Below, piece by piece: positions 34,895-46,124 of a DNA stretch of 64,000 nt. Position 1 is the first letter of the stretch. Every line of letters begins with the position of its first letter. Location of the stretch: NCBI GenBank assembly GCA_951406725.2, contig OX597820.1, positions 37,138,001 through 37,202,000 of the forward strand, written 5' to 3'. The notes beneath the pieces are model-generated. The model made no database searches, had not been told where the DNA came from, and saw nothing but the letters and a program-made list of their open reading frames with translations. A program made the translations under genes and the position numbers. This DNA is from Octopus vulgaris. Its lineage: Eukaryota.

Positions 34895-37817
34895 TACTAT
34901 ATTTTAACGTGTATAAGGAACCCTTTTTTTGTCAAAATTAGGTTAAAAAAATATGGGAGTTTCTTCTACATGGATAGTATTAAAGATATTAATAAATTAC
35001 TTAATTGCTCAAATTTCTATGACTTACAACATCGCAAGCCTCAGGCCAACACCCAACAGGTTGCGATGTCCTATTGGATGAGTTGCTATCCATTCATCAA
35101 GCAACAGCATGCGCCTAAAGTAGCCATCACAAACGGCAATCATCTGCCAAACGGTATTTACTCATGCTCACCGAGACTGTTAAATCCGTGTTTTTGTATT
35201 AACATGAAAGTTCTATATTGTATTTAAAATTGCAAATGAACACGCAAGTGCAAACATTAACACTTTCTAAAAAACCCAGGCCACTTACGGAGGTCGTACA
35301 ACCTATCACAGGCAGCAAGCATGCTCAAAAGCCATATATGGCAATGCCGCTCACACTGAAACAGGTGTGAATGTAGCATATGAAAATTCAACTGAGACAC
35401 AATCTTAAGTATTATCTACTATTATTTAAATTGATCTTGCATTACTCTTTTTATAGATTTTTGTTTTCTACTAGCATAAAAATGTCTGAGAATTAAAAGT
35501 ACATTTCATATCCTTCAAATTTCATATTGAAAGTGATTCAGTTTGCAGAGGAGCATGGAAATAAAGCTGCAGCAAGACAGTTTGAGCCTCCTCCTATGGC
35601 TACCATGATTGGACTGTGGAGAAAGCACAAAGATGCCAAGGATGAAGAGAGCAGCACGACGCAAAAAGGCAAGGTGGCCAAATCTGGGGGGAAAACTCAA
35701 ACACTGGGTCAAAAGCCAAAGGCAAACTGGTGCGTTAGTTTTGACAAAGATCTTCATCGATCAAGGAAGAAGAATTGCTCAGGAGATAAAAAAGAGCAAA
35801 GGGGAAGGACAAGAAACAACTGATTTTAGAGGCATGCCCATCTATTGTTTCCGTTTTATGAAGAGGAATGGTTTGAGTCTAAAGACTAGAACCAAGCTTG
35901 CTCAGAAGATGCCTGATGCTTATGAAGAAAAGATTCTTAAGTTTCATTCTTATATCATTAATTTACACAAGAATACCAACTTTGAACTTTGCCACATAGC
36001 AAATATGGACGAATTTCCACTTACCTTTGATGTTCCTTCCAATAAAACTGAATCAAAACAGTGGCCCTCAAGACAAGTGGACATGAGAAGACTCATTACA
36101 CAATTGTCTGGCATACTGTTCTGATGGTACCCAGTTGCCACCCATACTCATTTACAAAAGACACTTGCAGAGAAGAAGCTGCCAGAAGGAGTTCTTGTGC
36201 ATGTTGATGCAAAGGACTAGATGGATCAAGCTAGTATGAAGCTTTGGTTCAAGAAGATTTGGAGTAAGAGACCTGGGAACCTTTTTAAGAAGCCATCTAC
36301 GCTGGTGTTAGATCCGTTCAGGGCACTTATAACTGATGAAACAAAAAAACTTGGCAAAAAAAAATCAAAAACCCAATTGGCAGTTATTCCCGGTAGCCTG
36401 ACAAGCCAGTTTCAGTCTCTGGACATCACTATCAACAAACCATTCAAGGAACTAACGAGAAATGAAAGGAGCAAGTGGTGCAAGCAGGTGACTCCAACCT
36501 CACACCAACAGGAAAAGTTAGGAAGCCAACAATTAGTGAAGTTTGTGGCTAAGCAAATGGCGTGAAGAACGAAGTGATTGTAAAGGCCTTTAAAAAGTGC
36601 AGCATAAGCAACAACATGGATGGTATGGAGGATAATGTAATTTACAATGAGGGTGACTCTGATGATAATGAACTACCAGTAGTTGTATCTGATTATGATG
36701 TATCAGATGAGAGTGATGAGGAATTTAATGGTTTCTATGATTAATAAAAATATTGTTGATAAAACTTAAGATAATTTATTAATATTCTTCTTAAGGATAT
36801 TTACAGTAAATTTTGATAGGTGCACCTGCACACATTTCACTAAGAAGAGAAAACCTTGGATTTTTTGCGTGAAATCAAGTACCCTGATCTCCCAATGTGC
36901 CACAATCCCCTTATTTTTGGTTGGAAAAAAGTGGGGTTGGGAAATTGGAACCCTCTTCTCCATCCTGGAATCATTGGAAATTAATTTTTTTCATTGAATG
37001 AATTACAGTGACTGCCTAATATGCCACAAAACACTTTTTGTCCAGAAAACAGGGGTTGGGGTGGGGTGGAACTCTCAGAAATTTCAACCCCAGCCCCAAC
37101 ATTTTACAGAAATGTGTTTTCAAGAGTGTGGATTACATAAGATTGAAAAATTCAAACAACTTTGAAAAGAAGTGAAAATGCTGAAGTTGTAGAAATTAGT
37201 GGTAACGACAGGAATGTATCCCCCCGGAGAATTTTTGTGTTAGTGTGAAACAAGTAAAGTATAATATTAAAACAAAATATCTTTTTCATACCTCTAAAAA
37301 TCTCTAGGTATATTAATCCCAGATTGCAAAATATATTCAAATGGTATGATGTGTTTTATATAAAAAAAAAATTCACTTTCTCTTTGCAAGTTTTTCCACC
37401 TGAAACTCGAGTCAAGATTGAGAGAATTAGTTTTCTCTATGTACTAAGAATCAATTTAAAATAACTATATCTTAAATGTTATGTGAGGAAAAAAGTATAT
37501 TCTAATGGGAAAATATTGTATCTTTTAAAAGAATCCTTAATTTACTGTGCATTTGCTTGTGTGTGTGTATTTATCATTTAAGATATTTTAAATTTCATTT
37601 ATGTATCTCCTTTCTTTCATAGAAAGCCTTCCTTCTTTCTTACTATATCCATAGTCTCTCATCTCTCTCTCTCTTTCTTTCAAAAATGAAACACATTACT
37701 TGATAAGTGCGGGTGCACTTATCAAAATTTACCTAATCTCTTACAAAACCTCTTTTCCAACTTTTAAGCCTGCAAAATTTGGGGTTTCCTCATACAGTAA
37801 TTCATTTATTGACAGTA
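34895..37817 (+). mobile_element. pogo-superfamily transposon relic with Brinker-like and CENP-B HTH and DDE_1 domains (POGK-like architecture); coding remnants ~35520-36744
   Basis: LKVIQFAEEHGNKAAARQF, FRFMKRNGLSL, IANMDEFPLTFD, LVLDPFRALIT, IPGSLTSQFQSLDITINKPFK and AFKKCSISN across frameshifted ORFs. The terminal repeats are only weakly recognisable. Confidence 0.8.
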
Positions 37818-38937
37818 AAGTAAAATGGCACATAGTAGTATGAAGTAGAATGAGGCAACCTTTTTCTAGCAGCAGGTTTTGTGAGATGTTGCTGATTTTC
37901 ATTTCATCATCATCAGTTTAACGTCCACTTCACACTTGCATGAGTTAGACAGAATTTGTTGAAGTAGATTTTCAGTGGCTGGATGGCCTTCCTGTCACCA
38001 ACCCTTACCCACTTTCAAGTAAGTTAATAATTTCCTAGTCTTTTCAACAGTGCACAACCTGGATGTAGTTATGTAGTGAACTGGAAACAAATTACACCAT
38101 TTGAATGACTCTTGTTTACAAAGATCACATAACATGTCAAAGAAGTCTACACATACTTTTGTGATGGATTGTAAGCAAAGGACACTATTGACAGCAAGAC
38201 TTTCATTTACAGTCAACAAATATACATGAGCATGAGGGAAAATATGAATTCACACAAATTTATACAGAGGTATATCCTCCTATCTATTTATCATTATCAC
38301 CATCATTTAATGTCCAATGTCCATGCTGGCATGGGTTGGATAGTTTGACCAGGGCTGGCAGGCTGGGGAGCTTCACCTGATGCCAGTCTAATTTGGCATA
38401 GTTTCTATGGACAAATGCCCTTCCTAATGTCAACCATTTTATAGAGTGTGCTGGGTGCTTTTATGTGTTGCCACACAGGCGTTTTTTCACAGCACTGCAT
38501 GGGCAGGCTTTTATGTGGCACTGCCATGAGTGCTTTACACCACCAAAAGGATTGGTCTTAACATTTCTACTGCAGAGTATTGCAAGGTGCTAGGCATTTC
38601 AGTCCTTTGTCATCCCACCTAAAAGATTCAATGTCTTGAGGTTGTTCCTCAGTACTCCATCCTATGTCTTCCATATATATGACAGGCTTCTTCAGTTTCT
38701 GTCTGCTAATTTCACTTACAAAGCTATAGTATGAAATGTTAGTCAATAACATTTATGCAGTAGGACCAAACCATTGACCACATGGTTCCAAATCATAGCA
38801 TTTAACCACACAGTCAAGCCTTTGTAATACAAATTAACACTACACTATAGTAAGCAAGTTCAAATTTGAGAGAAAATGTGAGTGGATGTAAGAGAAATGA
38901 ACATGTGTAAAGAACAGCAAGTTATACATGCCTGATA

Positions 38938-40160
38938 TATAAGAGTTGGCTAAAAAGTTCATAGGCTGATCAAGATACTCTCATGGAGTGTGAGACAACC
39001 AAATGAAGTTTATTTTTCAACATAGTCCTCTTTGCAGTTCACACACTTCCTCCATTGGTATTGCATGCTTGGATCCCATTGATGAAGAAACTTTCATCTT
39101 GTTTGTCAAAAAAGTCATCAATAGTAGATATGTCCTCATCACAGTGACACTGGTTCCCTTCATGTAAGGGAACAGATGATAATCAGGAGAATAGGTGGGG
39201 TGATCAGCCAGCTCAAAGCCACAGTCATGCAGAGTAGCTATTGACATGAAGGACTTGTGTCCTGATGAAACAAGATCCCTTTCATCAGTTTTCCTCTGTG
39301 TTTGGTCTGATGGCCTTTTGTACCTGTCTCAGCAAATTGGCATAGTACTCTTTGTTGACAGTGTAGTCCTTTTGAAGATAGTCAATAAACACAATGCCTC
39401 TTGCATCCTGAAAATCTGAGGCTATCACCTTCCCTGCAGATGAAACATTGGCTTTCTTTGGAACAGGTGATGGGGAGATGTTTCCACTGCATGGATTGTC
39501 TGTTTGAATCTGGCTCAAAGTGATGAATTCAACATTCACCAAGGCTTAGGAAGCATTTGAGGAAACCAGCTGGATCTACCTCAAACAATGTCAGATTTTC
39601 TTGTGATGTGATCAGCATGGTGAAGATTTGACCAGGTGTCAGAAGACATAGTATCCACCAAACTGAAACCTTCATCATGCCAAGTTCATTGTGCAGGATA
39701 TTCTCAACTCTTATGGGATATACTAATAGCATTTAAATTATAGTCAATTGCTTGTCATCCATCACCTTGTGGTGAACATGGTCAATGTGTTTTCCTTGGT
39801 GGGGGCAGTTGCAGGATGTCATCTTCAAGACTCTCCCTTCCCCTCCGAAATTCAGCTGCCCCCTTTTGCACTGTTGATAAAGCTGGAGCGTCATCCCCTA
39901 ATGTAGTATCCATGTATATCTTTGGGAGCTAAAGCCTTTTTCTGCAGATTAACACCACAATGCCAAATTTTGTCCATATTCAAGAGAAGTTACAACTATT
40001 CACTTTCTGAAATCGTCTTTGAACAGTCAAATGTCAGTTTATCTGAAAAGAAACAATGCAATTATTAATAAGAAGAGTTGAAATTGATGCATACACAATT
40101 TCACAGATCTAGTATCACACTTTCATAGTCAGCCTATGAACTTTTCAGCCCACCCTCATA
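38938..40160 (-). mobile_element. Near full-length decayed mariner transposon
   Basis: ~30 bp inverted termini containing AAAAGTTCATAGGCTGA, with TA flanks. Minus-strand SAGKVIAS..QDARGIVFIDYL and HPTYSPD motifs. Confidence 0.9.
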
Positions 40161-40796
40161 TAGCTCTGAGTTTTATGTTTTTTTTATTATATTCATTAGA
40201 TAATGGAAATATGGCTTATTTACTATCAAAGTGTATCAGATATAGGCATGTTAAAGTACTTGACAAAAAAAAAATGGACATACAAATATCACATTCTATC
40301 TTCTCCTAGGTGTGGTGAAGATATGAAGCTCACTGAATATCTATATCCTGTAGATAAACTGTGTCTTGTACAAGTAAGGTGGCCTGAAGTATAAATTGGC
40401 ATCAGAAATTATCGTGAGCTTTATGACCTACTGTTGTGATGTATTTGCAGAGCAATTTATTTAAAATGGTAGCATTGGTGTCACTATTTGAAACTCATTA
40501 GAGTGACTTTGTCATGTGTAAGCACAATGTAGGCCATTTAGTGAAAATTCATTGGGAGTTAGGGGATTTTGAAGTTGATTCTAGGCAGTACTTTCTGGTT
40601 GCAGTAGTTAATAGAATAACTATGAAAGTATTAGATGTACTGCAACATTGTTTTATCAGCAAAATCTATTCTATATGCTGTATAGATCTCAAACAACATC
40701 AAAGTGGTTTTTCAGCACCTGACAGTCCCCTTTTCACTCAATTTCCTTGATCCAGTTATGTATATGACCTTCACTTCATGGAAAGATGAAGGCTAT

Positions 40797-41480
40797 ATCA
40801 CCGTCGTTGTCATTTAACATCTGCTTTCTATGCTGGCATGGGTTGGATGGTTTGACTGAAGACTGACAAGCCAGGAGGCTGTACTAGGCTCCAATCTGAT
40901 TTGGCAAAGTTTCTACAGCTGGATGCCCTTCCTAACGCCAACTACTCCGAGAGTGTAGTGGGTGTTTCTTACATGCCACTGGCACAGGAGCCAGTCAGGC
41001 GGCACTGGCATCAACCATACTCAAATGGTGCTTTTTATGTACCACCAGCACATGAGCCAATCAGGTACCACTGGCAATGACCACGCTCGAATGGTGCTTT
41101 TTTACATGCTGCTGGCATGGGTGCCATCAGACTTACATCAGTCACTCTCGAATGGTGCTTTTTATGTGCCACTGGCATGGATGCCAGTCAGGCAGCACTA
41201 GCATCAGCCACGACTACAATTTCACTTGGTTCAACAGGTATTCACAAGCATGGCATATTGCCCAACGATTGAAGGGTGCTTTTAAAAGGGCCAGTTACGC
41301 GACACTGGGACGAGACACAGCTTCAATCTCACTTGGCTTGCCATGGCTTTTCAAGCACAGTATACCTCTAAAGGTTTTAGTCATTTGTCATTGCCTTTGT
41401 GAGGCCCAACATTTGAAGGTTGTGCTTCACCACCTCATTTCATGTCTTCCTGGGTCTACCTCTTCCACAAGTTCACATAA
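40797..41480 (-). mobile_element. RTE LINE 3' end with internal ~60 bp tandem subrepeats
   Basis: Reverse complement of the 3' UTR at 51840-52160. Repeated GGTGCTTTTTATGTGCCACTGGCA-type units. Confidence 0.75.
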
Positions 41481-42634
41481 CTATATGCAATCTCCACACC
41501 TTAAAAAGAAAATGTGCCAAATGTTTAAGTGCTGCTCACATACCCAGGTGAATTATTAATTTCCATTAGCACAGCTTCAGAACATATATTTTGAATTATG
41601 AAAGGGTAACCAAAGTGGGTAGTGGGCATTTTGTTTGGATAACCAATCTGGTCATAAAGAAAGAAAACCACACTGCACATAAATACATAAAAAGTATGTA
41701 TGTTTACAGTTTTTGTCATTCAGTCTAAAGAGTGTGTACAAACACTGGATAATACTTAAACCTTCTTTATAGCTTACAAATAAAATCACATTTTGAGTAT
41801 AAATAATAAAAATATGGAACTCTAGAATTCAAAGAAAACTGGCTTAACTACAAAAAATAATTTCATATATTCAGAAAGTTTACAGAATTTATCAAACAGT
41901 TTATCTAGATATAATTCAATGAGGTGGAGGCTGGTTCTCCAGTCACTGTTGCTAATGTGCTTGTGTTTCTTTGTTTCTACTAGCAATTATATTTGACAAA
42001 GATGTATCAACTTAATGGCATTGGCTTTGTTTACTGCTTCATGCCACTCCATCAAATGTCACAAGCTGTTGAAAGTTTTGTTAATGGGACTTGAAGAGGT
42101 TTTGATATTTAATTATCTTTATCATCCACAGCATCTCTACTTTGCTTGATTTTCTTATTAAAGGTCCAAATGAAGTAATCCATTATGATGTGCATATATC
42201 TTTTTGTTTGCTTTGATCATGTGGAAGACAAACATTTTAGGATGTTCTGGTAATGTTCTGTACAACAAGATATAATACCTAGAGTATCTCCATTTCAAGG
42301 TCTACATCAATAATCCTTATCACATCTCTAGACTAAAAGTCTTTGTAAACGTCTTCTGACTCTTTCTTGCTATTCTAACTTTCTAAGAATATCTGAATCA
42401 TATGCAGAGATTGATGTCTTAGTGATCTGCAGTCATTTTTTAATGCTTTCATTCCTCAATCCATAACCATAGTCCTCGTTCATTTCCTCTATATTTCTAC
42501 ACCAAAGTACCATCTCTCTGATTCATTCTTGCTATTCTAACTTTCAGTGTCTGTGGTCAAATATATTCTCTCCAATAATCTTCATGTTAACACTTCATTG
42601 TCCCTTATGTCCTATGTTGTTTTTTTTATTTCAG

Positions 42635-43047
42635 GTTATTTGATGACATTGAGATAAAAATAATTCACTGAAGAAGATCGACTTTTGAAACTATAGCTTC
42701 ATCAAGCTGATATCAACCTGTTTCAACAACTCTTATTTGAAAGGATGTAAAATATTTCTTTGGAATTGAGATTATTTGCAAGAATTCCTACATAAAAGGT
42801 TGTGGGAAAATTTTGTGGAAACATTAAGTTTATGATATTTACAACAAGGTTTCAACTGACTCATTTGTAAGGGCTTTAATGTCTGGGTATATCTTAACTG
42901 AAGCTAGTTTAATGATCTCATAGCTGATGATTATTAATTACAAAATTCTATCCTTTTAAATCCACTTTAAGTTATTTTGAACACCCAAGACATCTTCAGT
43001 CTTTAATAAAGATCATCTACGTGCTAAATATAGATTAAAGTGAAGTT
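42635..43047 (+). other. Putative 5' leader part of the coding exon of ZNF gene 4 (uORF MTLR* at 42643-42657)
   Basis: TTAACACTTCATTGTCCCT, T-tract and TTTCAG|G at 42634/42635. Confidence 0.65.
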
Positions 43048-44133
43048 ATGGATGAAAAAACACAACCTGAAATTACTGATTCATCTATTCAGATAAAGGG
43101 AAATAAAAGGGAAAAATCATACCCTTGTGATGTATGTGGAGAGGTATACACAACAAGAAGTAATTTAATGCAGCACAAATTAATCCATGCAACCTCCAAG
43201 GTGCACTACTGTGAAGTTTGTGGTAAAGGATTCACTCGCAACAGTTTATTGACTCGCCATAAGCATATACATACAAGAGAAAGGCCATACCACTGTGATA
43301 TCTGTGGTGAAAAATTTTCTAGAAGTGCTCATTTGTCTAGACACAGGCATATTCACACAGGAGAAAAACCATATCCCTGTGATGTCTGTGGTAAAACATT
43401 CTCTCAAAGTGGTACTCTATCTACTCATAAACATATTCATACAGGAGAGAAACCATATCAGTGTGATATCTGTGATGACAGATTTTCTACAAGGGGTCAA
43501 TTGTCTAACCACAAACGTATCCACACAGGAGAAAGACCCTACCAATGTGATATTTGTAGTAAAACATTTTCTAGAAGTGGTCATTTGTCTTCCCATAAAC
43601 TTATCCACACAGGTGAAAGGCCATACCAATGTGATATCTGTGATAAAACATTTTCTCGAAGTGGTGATTTGTCTTCTCACAAACATATTCACTCAGGAGA
43701 AAGACCATACCACTGTGATATCTGTGGTACAACATTCTCTCAAAGTGGTAGTTTATCTCAGCACAAACGTATTCATACAGGAGAGAAACCATACCAGTGT
43801 GATATCTGTGATAAAACATTTTCAACAAAGAGTCATTTATCTTCCCACATACGTACTCACACAGGAGAAAGGCCCTACCATTGTGATATCTGTGGTAAAA
43901 CATTCACTCAAAGTGGTAGTTTATCTCAGCACAAACCTATTCATACAGGAGAGAGACCATACAATTGTGATATTTGTGGCAAAACCTTTTCTACAACTCG
44001 TAATTTAACTCGACACAAACGTATTCACACAGAAGAGAAAGCATACCACTGTGATATTTGTGATGAAGCATTTTCTACGAGGGGTCGTTTATCTTCCCAC
44101 ATACGTATTCATACAGGAGAAAGACCATCATAA
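43048..44133 (+). CDS. C2H2 zinc-finger protein (gene 4), 361 aa, 12 canonical fingers
   Basis: Uninterrupted tandem C2H2 motifs with TGE(K/R)P linkers. Confidence 0.95.
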   Translation: MDEKTQPEITDSSIQIKGNKREKSYPCDVCGEVYTTRSNLMQHKLIHATSKVHYCEVCGKGFTRNSLLTRHKHIHTRERPYHCDICGEKFSRSAHLSRHRHIHTGEKPYPCDVCGKTFSQSGTLSTHKHIHTGEKPYQCDICDDRFSTRGQLSNHKRIHTGERPYQCDICSKTFSRSGHLSSHKLIHTGERPYQCDICDKTFSRSGDLSSHKHIHSGERPYHCDICGTTFSQSGSLSQHKRIHTGEKPYQCDICDKTFSTKSHLSSHIRTHTGERPYHCDICGKTFTQSGSLSQHKPIHTGERPYNCDICGKTFSTTRNLTRHKRIHTEEKAYHCDICDEAFSTRGRLSSHIRIHTGERPS

Positions 44134-44320
44134 CACTGAAATTTCTGTTATAAAGCATTGTCACAAAGTAGTTTATTTTGACATAAATATATTTTACAGA
44201 GGAGAAAGACCATACCCTTGTGATATCGACAGTGAAACATTTTCTAGAAGCGGTAATTTTACTCAGTGTAAATATACCCACACAGAAAGTAAACCATAGT
44301 TATATGTCTATGGTAAAATA

Positions 44321-45125
44321 TCTATATATATAAAACTCAACTTGTGTGTCTGTGTGTTTAACTTCCCGGCACATCTCCTCCTAGCCAACAAATCGTAGAA
44401 CCACCAAAAATGGGTCACTTACAGTTTAGGCGAATGATAATTGAACTGCACTATTTCTGTTCCGGAATTCATCTCGCAAGTGCAAAAGTCGATAATGTGT
44501 TTGTTTAGGCCTTATCCTATGCATTGAATAGTGAACTATACTCAGTCAGCTGTTTGACATGAACTGTGTTCACCACGCGTGCAGGCATGCGTGTATTGCA
44601 TGAAAAATAAAAAATAAAAATATAAAAGCGAATTGCTGTAAACATTGTAGAAATTCGGCAAAGAAATGAATTTTCGGGATGTAGCCTGGAGGGTTTTTTT
44701 CGTATTAATCATTTGGACTTTGTGAACACATACCAATTGTTTTCATAACATTTTTAACGCTTTGAATTAAATGTGACCATTTTGCGTTGAGTCTGCAGTT
44801 TGAATCACTTTAACCAAATTTTAGCAGGCCGGATTTTTGATCATCACGATACATTGCCAGCGACTCCCTGAAACTCTCCCCTGAAATCCCTGTTGAGAAA
44901 TACTGATCTAAAAGAATAATTCAACAATGCAATTATTTGATAAACAAAAATTTATGAAACGCTTCTACGTACTTTCTATTGAGGAAATGGAACACATAAG
45001 CGCAAAAATAGAGGGCATTAAATGCTTGATTTTAAAACCAAAATAATTGAATTTTGATTGAACTTCATCCAAGTTTATCTTAATTCGCGCGTGCATAGAA
45101 TGCACGAGCCGGGCAATACTGCTAG
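44321..45125 (+). mobile_element. Non-autonomous Helitron (805 bp)
   Basis: Starts TC, ends CTAG, inserted between A and T with no target duplication. Subterminal hairpin CGTGCAT-AGA-ATGCACG at 45090-45106. Removing it restores GGTAAAATA|TTTTCTATAA, matching the paralog at 63781. Confidence 0.85.
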
Positions 45126-46124
45126 TTTTCTATAAATAACAAAATATGTTATAATAAATGTATTTCTTTAATACAACACTGACATACTTGTAATATCCTT
45201 TATTTCATACTGGCAATTTATCTTCAACCCCATTACATTTATATACACTATTTAACCAGTTGAATGTTTCATAGCTATTGTTACTCTTAACTACTCCTCT
45301 ACACCAAAACTATTTGATGTCCCAGTCCTCCATCAGCCTGAAAGAATACCCCTACCTACTTTGTTTATCTTCATTTCTACACACTTTATGTTGAACATTT
45401 TAATATCCAGCACATTATTTTGTGTTATAGATCTTCAGCTAAACTATAGCCTATTCCTTGAAGTTTGAACCCTTTCTGCATCTCTCCTGACATAAAACAT
45501 ATCAGTAGATTAGAAAATGGTAACGACAAATATAGTATTTAGTATTTACCATCAAGACAAGAAATGTCAATAGCTTGAAGATATAAGAAATGGGTTATGG
45601 TATTGTAGAAAGAATTGTGACAGACCAAGAATTATTTGGATGGACAGCATCAATGAAGGGATTGAGTTACACAGTAATGTCAGTGTAAGAATGGTATGAG
45701 ATGAGACAGAATGGATATCTTTGATGGTTGATATACTATGACCACATGACACTCAATGAATAAATGAAATTTAATGATGACAAATATTTAATATTAATAT
45801 AATAGTTGAGTAACATTAATAGAGTCAGCTAAGTTGCAGAGGTAGCAAACAAGATTGTTAGGAGGACCATATCTGGTTGTATGGGGTACAATGCAGGACA
45901 TTTTTTTGCTGTCAAGACTAGTAGCACTATTAATGTTCTTGTGTATTGCGGTATATGAAGAACTGATTGTAGGTCATCATGATGGTATCTGTAGATGATT
46001 TTATATGTACATTGTAAGGTGATATAAATTGTACAAGTATAAATTGAAAATTGTAGCAAATAAGATTTAAAGCACAAGACCTTCAACATAATATCTATAA
46101 CTGTTTATTTCATTAAACCACTAG

